This document shows positions 17,992 to 24,854 of a stretch of 24,854 nucleotides of DNA, in pieces. The position numbers and the translations under genes were made by a program. The DNA is taken from IMG/VR virus record IMGVR_UViG_3300021516_000019, positions 1 through 24,854 of that record; one strand, given 5' to 3'. Within the stretch, counting starts at the first letter, position 1; every line of letters starts with the position of its first letter. This DNA is from a virus (Duplodnaviria; Caudoviricetes). A model generated the notes under the pieces. That model was not told where the DNA came from, ran no database searches, and saw nothing but the letters and a program-made list of their open reading frames with translations.

Positions 17992-18837
17992 TTAGAATGG
18001 TAATTCAGAGTCAACCTCGTCGTTAGCCTGTGGGTCAACAATTGGTGCAGTTTTACCACCAATAGATGTAGTTGATTCAACATCATTTAAATATACATAT
18101 CCACCTTTATCACTATCCCATTTTGGAGTTTCTCCACGAGCAATTGCTTCAAGATAATCAACAGGTTTTTTAGAATATACATCCAACCAAGTCATCTCGT
18201 CATTAATCCAAGCGTTTGCTTGAGCTTTGTCTTCATGAACAGGAGCTGGGTCATCATACATGATTGTAGAAATACTTGTGTACTCTTTACCTGCAGGTGT
18301 TTTAGATTTACTTAATTCGATAACAAGGTCACGTCCTTTTTCAGGGTCAGTGATATCACCTTTGTTTCTCCAAATTGGAATGATTTTATCCAAGATACCA
18401 TCATTTTTATAGTTGTGTTTAAATCTCCAAAATTTAACCCCATCTTCTTCGTGGTCTCTATCAATCACTTTAACGATGTAAAACTTACGAGACTTGTATT
18501 GTTTTGCCAATTCTTTGTCCGATTCTTTACCCGTAGACATCAACTCTTCGTAAACCTCATTCAAAGGTGAACGTTCGTTATCATTTTTGCCTGGGTCAAA
18601 GAATTTATTCCATTGTCCACCAACTTGAATTTCGTGGTACCATGCTTCTTTGAATGGTGAAGAACCATCTGGTGTTGGTAGGATACGTACTCTACGTTGT
18701 CCTGATTTCTCTTTGTCAGAAAGGATACAAGCGAAATACTTTTTCATTCTTTCGTCTTGCGACATTTTGCTTTGGGCCCCGCCCCCTTGTTGTGCTTTTT
18801 CGTACTGTGCCAATACGGCATCTAATGAACTCATCAT
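17992..18837 (-). CDS. Single-stranded DNA-binding protein, T4 gp32-like (281 aa)
   Basis: 'RVRILP', 'PF...WYH', 'RKFYIVKVIDR...GVKFWRF', 'DITDPEKGRDL' fit the gp32-like pattern. Acidic tail ending DSELPF. First gene of a RecA/exonuclease/helicase cassette. Confidence 0.85.
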   Translation of the reverse strand: MMSSLDAVLAQYEKAQQGGGAQSKMSQDERMKKYFACILSDKEKSGQRRVRILPTPDGSSPFKEAWYHEIQVGGQWNKFFDPGKNDNERSPLNEVYEELMSTGKESDKELAKQYKSRKFYIVKVIDRDHEEDGVKFWRFKHNYKNDGILDKIIPIWRNKGDITDPEKGRDLVIELSKSKTPAGKEYTSISTIMYDDPAPVHEDKAQANAWINDEMTWLDVYSKKPVDYLEAIARGETPKWDSDKGGYVYLNDVESTTSIGGKTAPIVDPQANDEVDSELPF

Positions 18838-18866
18838 GTTTTTTATATATTAAGATTAATTTGTTT

Positions 18867-18900
18867 TATAAATATAGGATAGTTTTCTCGATTTGTCAAA
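18867..18900 (-). promoter_or_regulatory. Putative host-RNAP promoter driving the replication cassette
   Basis: Minus strand: TTGACA (18899-18894), 17-bp spacer, TATATT (18876-18871). It also reads TTTG-N20-TATATTTA, close to the Bacteroidota TTTG / TAnnTTTG consensus. Lies directly downstream of a terminator. Confidence 0.7.
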
Positions 18901-18929
18901 TAAAAAAAGGTCACCTTTTGAGTGACCTT
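18901..18929 (-). terminator. Rho-independent terminator after the 233-aa gene
   Basis: Inverted repeat AAGGTCAC (18907-18914) / GTGACCTT (18922-18929) with a 7-nt loop. Runs into T7 on the minus strand (A7 at 18902-18908). Confidence 0.85.
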
Positions 18930-18949
18930 CCATTTTATTTTTGTGTTTG

Positions 18950-19651
18950 TTATTTGTATTTGAACTCGTCTTCAAATCCATTTGATTTGTTTTGAAAAGA
19001 ATTTTTAATATCGCTAACATTGATGTCGGTCACGTCATCAGGTGTTAAAACATAATCATTTTTTCCCGTTTTTTCCATCTCTTCCGATTTATCATCGAAG
19101 AATTGTGATAACTTTTGATTGAATGGGTATGAATCGTAACTTCTTAATTCTAATTTTTCCTGTGGAGTTTTTTCTCTGTATTTCTCAATTTTGTTTTCAA
19201 GAGCATTTAACTTGTTCATGATTGCATCCATCTCACCTAATCTTGATTCTAATTTACCTAATTGTCCAAATAAATTTTCAAAGTATTCGTCTTGTTTTGA
19301 TTGAGTATCTTTTTGAGTGGTTACTAAATCAGTGATATCAAGTTCTTCACTATCACCACTTTCGTCTTTACCTTTTTCTTCTGATTCTCCATCGTCTCCA
19401 ATTTTTTCAACGTCGGGGTCATTCTCAACATCAATTGGCGCTGGTGCACCTGCTTCAGGTGCCGCCTCACCTCCAGGAGGTGGTGGTGGAACTGCCGCTG
19501 CGTCAGATGGTGGTGGTGGAGGTGCCGCTCCCGCATCAGGTGCCAAAGCTCCTAAATCATCAGGTGCAGGTTCTGCCGCTTGTTCCATTATATATTTGTT
19601 GATACTATTGTATCTTTGAATTTCACTTAATATTTTTTTATCTATGCTCAT
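18950..19651 (-). CDS. Hypothetical acidic, Pro/Ala-rich, coiled-coil protein (233 aa)
   Basis: ATG ORF with an N-terminal helix, a low-complexity linker with poly-Pro runs, an acidic 'SEELDITDLV' segment, and a heptad region 'LFGQLGKLESRLGEMDAIMNKLNALENKIEKY'. Confidence 0.85.
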   Translation of the reverse strand: MSIDKKILSEIQRYNSINKYIMEQAAEPAPDDLGALAPDAGAAPPPPPSDAAAVPPPPPGGEAAPEAGAPAPIDVENDPDVEKIGDDGESEEKGKDESGDSEELDITDLVTTQKDTQSKQDEYFENLFGQLGKLESRLGEMDAIMNKLNALENKIEKYREKTPQEKLELRSYDSYPFNQKLSQFFDDKSEEMEKTGKNDYVLTPDDVTDINVSDIKNSFQNKSNGFEDEFKYK

Positions 19652-19655
19652 ATTA

Positions 19656-19880
19656 TTAACCGTTTAATAATTGTTTAACACCGTTAGCCGTTTCAACTCT
19701 AACTCTTCTGTTTGCAGTTGTTTGGTGTCCAGCTCTTTCAATAAGTCCGTCTCTTTCTCTTACAGTATAACAATCTCCTGTATCTAAGTCACAAACTTGT
19801 TTAGTTCCGTCACCGTTATCTTCTTGAGAAATCCTTGTAGATTTGCCAAGGTAGTTGTCTAATGCTGATTTAATATCCAT
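19656..19880 (-). CDS. Small hypothetical protein (74 aa) with CxxxxxxC
   Basis: ATG ORF with an A-rich leader and an upstream TATTTATA. Ends 4 nt before the next ATG. Contains 'VCDLDTGDCYTVRERDGLIER'. Confidence 0.8.
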   Translation of the reverse strand: MDIKSALDNYLGKSTRISQEDNGDGTKQVCDLDTGDCYTVRERDGLIERAGHQTTANRRVRVETANGVKQLLNG

Positions 19881-19893
19881 AATTATGTTTCTA

Positions 19894-19901
19894 TATAAAT
19901 A
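19894..19901 (-). promoter_or_regulatory. TATTTATA motif (candidate phage late promoter)
   Basis: In the 38-bp intergenic gap, 13 nt before the ATG at 19880. Related TATTTA(T/A) motifs precede five other genes. Confidence 0.45.
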
Positions 19902-19918
19902 TATCGTTATTTGTTAAA

Positions 19919-22900
19919 TTATAATTGTATTGTTACCTTAAATGATTGAGGTACCGTTACATATGGGGCAGTAAATGATGTGGTATGCGCATTTATAGTT
20001 ATAGTACATATTGTCTCACTACCTGAAGGTGGTGTTTGCCAATCAGTTGTGATATTATTAATAATTTGTGTTTGGTTCATGTAGAAGTGTGTTGGTGATT
20101 GGAAATAACTATCATTTAAAGTAATACTACTTTCTTTCAATACTGTTTTTGTAATTGTATTATTTGGTCCCGCAATATTCTTTGTTACTTTATAAGCTAA
20201 CACTGGTTTGATATTTGAAGGTAACATTGAATATGTACCAATTAAAGATGGTGTAATGTTAACGTCGACATATGCTTGATTTAACGAATATAAACCATTT
20301 TGTAATTGAGATACCATAGTTACTGGTCCTGTTTGTTGTGGTTGTGTATTGGCATTTGGGACAACTCCTGGTACAACTGTTGGTGGAGCGGCGGATGTTT
20401 GTGATGGATTGTAAGTGAAAATAGTTGAGCTAGTTCCATTACCATGCGTACCTTTAAGAGTGATTGTATTATTCTGAATAACTGTGGTATTACTAAATGG
20501 AACTAATACAACAATGTTTACACCACTATTGATTGTTATTCCTGTTGTAGTTGTTACCCCATTTATAGTTGCCGCAGTTACCGTACTTAAGTCATTTCCT
20601 GTAATATTCAATATAGTTCCTGTTACACCTGTTAATGGTGAGAATGAAGTAATAGATGGAGGAAGACATACAGGCCCTGGTAGTGTTGTAGTGTTAAGGT
20701 TATTTTGGGATTGAGCCATCGCCAACTGAACCGCCATAGATGTCTGACTTGCTCCATTAGTCGCGACATCAGTAAATCCAACTTCTTTTGCAGATGCAAC
20801 ACCTTTAGTTAATGTATCAAAAAGTTTTTTAAATTCAGTTAAATGTTCATCAAAATATTGTGATGTAATATTTTCATTTGTTGCTGTTGGTGGTGTCCAA
20901 TAACAAACATAATATTTATCAATACCAATTGGACTGCTACCATTTTCACCGTAACGTATTCTTGTTATGTTTGGGGTTAATCTTGCAACCATAAAACTTA
21001 AAAAATCGTCAATATTTTTAAAATTGGCAATTGGTTTAACTACCGATGAATCATTAGTTGACCCTGAAAGTGATACACAGGATGATTGTTTTTGAATAAA
21101 GTATTGTGTACTTGCCCCCCAATATGTATCTAAGGCAGCATTAACAAAATTATTATTATAACCGTAAAACTTATTTTTATTAAATGTTGTTATATAACAC
21201 ATTAAATAAATTAAAAGTTGTAAATCAGGATTACTTGTTTTATTTTTAATTGCGGTTGCCATCTCTTGTGGTGTCAATGATATAGTCGCAGATTCAACAA
21301 AATCACCCCAAGTACTATAGTTTGTATTAAGACTATTGGTACATGTATTAGTTGCTGCCGCAGCGTTATTACCCGTTTGAGATAACAATGCACTTTTGTT
21401 AATATTAGTAATTGGCTTATTACTTACACTATCTTTCTTATTTTTAACAACACTTTCAATCTGAGTTAAAAGATTTAGATTAATACTTTGTAATAAATTA
21501 TCTATTGATGGTAAATCATAAATACCTTGTCGTATTCCACTAAAATTTGTTTGGAATTCACCTGCAGTTATAGTGTGATTAACTTCAGTGATTAAATAAG
21601 GACCATTAAACATTGGAACGTGTCTAAGGTTAAAATACATTGTTGGTTGTAATAATGCATTACCCAAACAAACCACCTGACATTGATAACTTCTTTGTTT
21701 ATAAAGATTATATAATCCAACGTTTTGTGTTGCGACATTTCTACCACTTGCTTGGTCAACCATGTTTAATTGTGTCTGAACACTTTCTGAAGTAGCCTTC
21801 CCACTATCCATCGACACACTAAAAGAATAAAATATATTTTGATTTCTTGTACCAATATCAACATTAAATCCAACACACTTATTTGATAATGCCCAATCTT
21901 TTTTTCCAACTTGGTTTTCAATTAATGGATTTTCAGACGCTCGTCTTAATTCAAACGCATCATCTCTAAATCTTGAATTTCCTTTTGGTAAATCTAATTG
22001 TGCTGACGGTATTCCAGCATAAAAACAAATTAATTTTGGTCCTGACTTTCTATAGTCGACATCTAAAAATGTTCCCCACATATTGTCAGCAAACTCTAAA
22101 GACCCTTCGGCACTTTGTGATAATGTTGTACCATCCGCATCTTGTACATTATAAAAGTTAACATATGCAGGTAATGGCATCACATTAAATTTATTCTTAA
22201 TCAATAAACCACTAAGGAATGTGAAGACGCTCATTTCCATATTAAGTGAACTTTCTTCAAATTTCTTATCACCTAATAACATGTCTTTTAATGCAAATAT
22301 GTCAATGATAATTGTGTCACCAACATTTCTTGATGCTCTATCTAAAAATAAGAAGTCTTCAAATAAAGTTTTATTTGTAAAATCACCACCCGCAATCCAC
22401 TTATCATTTAACGCTTTAAAGACCTCATAATTTTCAACTTTACTTTGTTGACCATCAATAACACTTTGTATTTTTTTCTGAGGTACTTCTTGTTGATTAG
22501 GTAAATCAGCTCTGACTTTTGATAAAATTTGATTTAAAAATATATTCTGTAGTTCTGACGTTCCATTAAAATATGTTTGAAGTCTTGTTTTAAATTCTGA
22601 ACTGGTAATCGTTGGCGTATATAATTTTTGGGTTGCGTATTGTTTAATTAATTGAGAATTCAATACAATATTATCAACTGAGAATTCAATATTATTATCA
22701 ATAAAGAAATCTGTAATATACGAACCGTTGTTAGTATATGCCAAATTTAATATAGTTGAAAACCCTACTTCTGTTTCTAAAGCCAACCAAGCATTTTGAT
22801 TTGCCGCTTTTGATTGGGTTAATGTAATTCCCCCATTTATTGATGGTAATGTATTATTAACATACGGATTAAATTGAATCGGGTCTGTGATAGTATTTGT

Positions 22901-24847
22901 CCCTCCATTCGATGCAAGAAAAGAATCGACAACTCTTCTTTTATAATTTGCAGGATTACCATACTTTAAAATAACATCATATTCTAAGAAAGATTTTATT
23001 GTATTTGAAAATGTTGTTAATTGTGTGTTACCAACAGTATTAAAATATTCTGTGGTAGTTAATGATGTATTTCCATTAATTGTCATTAATTTTCTAAACA
23101 AATACTGGAAATTTTTATATACTGCATTATCATCAATAGGAGATTGTCCAATAGGTATCGCAATTTGTGGCCCTAAATCAATATCCGTAACTGGTTTACA
23201 GAAGTTTAAAAATTCTTGTTCAAATTTATCTAAAATACTTTTATCAAAAACTGAGAATATTTCTTCAATATTTGAATAGTCATTATTAATTAATAATTTA
23301 AATGAAGATTGTTTTACATTATCTGTATTAATTTTATTAATGTATGCATCAGGATTTGGCTTAGATATTTCATCATTATTAAAATATCCATAGTTTGGTG
23401 CTGACCATAATAATCTAACTGAACCATTATAAATTGATGGGTTGTTAACAAACAAAGATATTTGAACGTTATTTGATAAACATTCTGTATTAACTTGGTT
23501 AATTGGTGAACCAAAAGACGGAACAACAAAATAATTAATACTTGTCGTATTTTGATTTGGAGAACATGTTCCTGTAACTCCTAAATCAATAATCGTGTCG
23601 GGTAAAACAACCGACCATGTTTGAATTGATGATTTAGGTGCACCTCCAAGTATTGTAAAAATAGAACTACTTGGATTAATGTTTGAATCCTTAAAGTTAT
23701 ATACTTTCATACCTCCATTAATACTTGTTTGTATTTCAGTATCGGTATATTCACGATATAAATCATATCCATTATAAAAAACATTAAAGTCGTTAATTAA
23801 TTTTGGATAGAAACCTGTTTGTATTTTTGATTCATTATTAACAAGACTTTGTAATGTAACATTTTTCTCTCCATCAAATAAGAACTTGTAAGTTTTAGTA
23901 TCAGAACTTGTGATGGGGTCAAAGTTAACTTTATAATCAAAATTATCCCAAGCTGAGTCAATAAAATCAACACCAGTTGTTTTATAAGTTTTATATCTAT
24001 ACCATATAGAACCCATTTTCAATACCCAAGCGTAAGGCATTTTATGAATCGCCCCAAACTTCTTAAAACATGAGGCAATATAATCTAATTCGGTTGCCGC
24101 GCCATATGTTTGATATTTTTCCTTTAATGACGCTAAGGGTAATGAATTTAAGAATAAATAAGCGGCTTGAACATATGGGTATTTATCACTTTTTCTCCAA
24201 TTTAAAACTCCGTTTTGAATTGCATTTACCATGTATGGTGTGTTTAACATGGTAGTCGTCGTTTCGGTTGTTACATTTGTTGATGGTCTTAAATAATTAA
24301 CATAACCTTCTGTTGGTATGAATTTATCAGGATTTTTTCTTGTATCATAAAATGTTGTTAAATTTGTTGCAACAATTTCAGTTGTAGGATTTGTAACCAA
24401 TAAATAAGAAAAATTAGTTACAGGTCTATTTGTTGTATAATCATAAACACTATTAAAGTTTGAAATAACATTTCTTTCTTTAAATACTTTTAATACTTGA
24501 GTTGTGTTGTACACCGAATTATTAACATTACTATTACTTTGACTCATATTATCCGAAACCCAAGTTGGGTTTGTAAATGGGTATGTGTCTATAATTATTG
24601 GTGTATTTGAGGCATTTTGAACTAGTTGTTCTAACGATTCATATTTAGCACTCATTTGCGGTTCTTTACCCAAATCATTTGTTGCAAGAATATTAAAAGA
24701 ATTTTCTGTTAAATTTTTAATATATGGAGTAACATAAAAATCTCTAATAAATTCTTGATAAGATTTACCTGTTCCTTGATTTGAAATATTTTGTAAAAAC
24801 TGAACGTAATTTTGTGCAGTTATATCATAATTATTAAAACTTAAAAA
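19919..24847 (-). CDS. Giant virion protein, partial at the 5' end (>=1640 aa): baseplate-hub (gp27/GpD/VgrG-like) motif, lysozyme-like segment, IPT/TIG domain
   Basis: The frame is open 58 codons upstream of the track's TTG 'start' (24673), up to 24847. 'CQVVCLGNALLQPTMYFNLRHVPMFNGPYLITEVNHTITAGEFQTNFSGIR' resembles the C-terminal barrel of hub/late-control-D proteins. 'PSITSFSPLTGVTGTILNITGNDL...FTY' is an IPT/TIG pattern. Confidence 0.75.
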   Translation of the reverse strand, partial: FLSFNNYDITAQNYVQFLQNISNQGTGKSYQEFIRDFYVTPYIKNLTENSFNILATNDLGKEPQMSAKYESLEQLVQNASNTPIIIDTYPFTNPTWVSDNMSQSNSNVNNSVYNTTQVLKVFKERNVISNFNSVYDYTTNRPVTNFSYLLVTNPTTEIVATNLTTFYDTRKNPDKFIPTEGYVNYLRPSTNVTTETTTTMLNTPYMVNAIQNGVLNWRKSDKYPYVQAAYLFLNSLPLASLKEKYQTYGAATELDYIASCFKKFGAIHKMPYAWVLKMGSIWYRYKTYKTTGVDFIDSAWDNFDYKVNFDPITSSDTKTYKFLFDGEKNVTLQSLVNNESKIQTGFYPKLINDFNVFYNGYDLYREYTDTEIQTSINGGMKVYNFKDSNINPSSSIFTILGGAPKSSIQTWSVVLPDTIIDLGVTGTCSPNQNTTSINYFVVPSFGSPINQVNTECLSNNVQISLFVNNPSIYNGSVRLLWSAPNYGYFNNDEISKPNPDAYINKINTDNVKQSSFKLLINNDYSNIEEIFSVFDKSILDKFEQEFLNFCKPVTDIDLGPQIAIPIGQSPIDDNAVYKNFQYLFRKLMTINGNTSLTTTEYFNTVGNTQLTTFSNTIKSFLEYDVILKYGNPANYKRRVVDSFLASNGGTNTITDPIQFNPYVNNTLPSINGGITLTQSKAANQNAWLALETEVGFSTILNLAYTNNGSYITDFFIDNNIEFSVDNIVLNSQLIKQYATQKLYTPTITSSEFKTRLQTYFNGTSELQNIFLNQILSKVRADLPNQQEVPQKKIQSVIDGQQSKVENYEVFKALNDKWIAGGDFTNKTLFEDFLFLDRASRNVGDTIIIDIFALKDMLLGDKKFEESSLNMEMSVFTFLSGLLIKNKFNVMPLPAYVNFYNVQDADGTTLSQSAEGSLEFADNMWGTFLDVDYRKSGPKLICFYAGIPSAQLDLPKGNSRFRDDAFELRRASENPLIENQVGKKDWALSNKCVGFNVDIGTRNQNIFYSFSVSMDSGKATSESVQTQLNMVDQASGRNVATQNVGLYNLYKQRSYQCQVVCLGNALLQPTMYFNLRHVPMFNGPYLITEVNHTITAGEFQTNFSGIRQGIYDLPSIDNLLQSINLNLLTQIESVVKNKKDSVSNKPITNINKSALLSQTGNNAAAATNTCTNSLNTNYSTWGDFVESATISLTPQEMATAIKNKTSNPDLQLLIYLMCYITTFNKNKFYGYNNNFVNAALDTYWGASTQYFIQKQSSCVSLSGSTNDSSVVKPIANFKNIDDFLSFMVARLTPNITRIRYGENGSSPIGIDKYYVCYWTPPTATNENITSQYFDEHLTEFKKLFDTLTKGVASAKEVGFTDVATNGASQTSMAVQLAMAQSQNNLNTTTLPGPVCLPPSITSFSPLTGVTGTILNITGNDLSTVTAATINGVTTTTGITINSGVNIVVLVPFSNTTVIQNNTITLKGTHGNGTSSTIFTYNPSQTSAAPPTVVPGVVPNANTQPQQTGPVTMVSQLQNGLYSLNQAYVDVNITPSLIGTYSMLPSNIKPVLAYKVTKNIAGPNNTITKTVLKESSITLNDSYFQSPTHFYMNQTQIINNITTDWQTPPSGSETICTITINAHTTSFTAPYVTVPQSFKVTIQL

Positions 24848-24854
24848 TTATGAT

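Noticed and set aside
18838-18866. T4 gene-32-style autogenous translational operator in the G-free ssb leader
   Set aside because: The leader is unstructured and AU-rich, but so are most leaders here, and no upstream pseudoknot is visible.
18867-19901. Plus-strand TATAAATA (18867-18874, 19894-19901) as T4 late promoters
   Set aside because: They point antisense to every gene and no credible plus-strand CDS follows. Treated instead as a minus-strand TATTTATA motif.
1307-24255. Short plus-strand ORFs and alternate-frame minus-strand ORFs in the track (60-152 aa, e.g. 13712-14170, 19317-19619, 18654-18995, 2395-2703)
   Set aside because: All lie wholly or largely within longer, motif-supported minus-strand genes. 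They have no recognisable motifs and look like antisense or frame shadows.
310-24847. Stop-codon reassignment (no TAG stops: 14 TAA, 2 TGA)
   Set aside because: Genes are full length and densely packed under code 11 with no internal TAG or TGA breaks. TAA bias is expected in AT-rich DNA.
1-24854. tRNA, rRNA, CRISPR array or IS elements
   Set aside because: Intergenic gaps are all under ~115 bp and are explained by terminators and promoters. No cloverleaf, repeat-spacer periodicity or transposase motifs were seen.

Overview
AT-rich fragment of a large, lytic-type dsDNA tailed phage (myovirus-like, contractile tail). All 17 supportable CDSs lie on the minus strand. In transcription order: a 5'-truncated giant virion protein (baseplate-hub-like motif, lysozyme-like segment, IPT/TIG domain); a two-gene unit of unknown function; a replication/nucleotide cassette bounded by a promoter and a terminator (gp32-like SSB, 75-aa hypothetical, RecA/UvsX, 5'-3' exonuclease, 150-aa hypothetical, DnaB/gp41-like helicase, nrdB, nrdA); then a baseplate/tail module (gp25-like, gp6/baseplate-J-like, a 1701-aa protein with an internal hydrophobic segment, and three overlapping hypothetical genes, the last cut by the window edge). 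A-rich leaders without Shine-Dalgarno sites and a eukaryote/Bacteroidota-type class Ia RNR point to a Bacteroidota host (inference). I saw no tRNA, CRISPR array, mobile element, intron or intein. No complete new system can be demonstrated from the sequence alone. The best leads are the membrane-segment-bearing baseplate-associated giant protein, the hub/degenerate-lysozyme/Ig fusion, a recurring TATTTA upstream motif, and a Zn-less gp32 carrying a bacterial SSB-type tail. All family assignments come from manual motif recognition, not from database searches.
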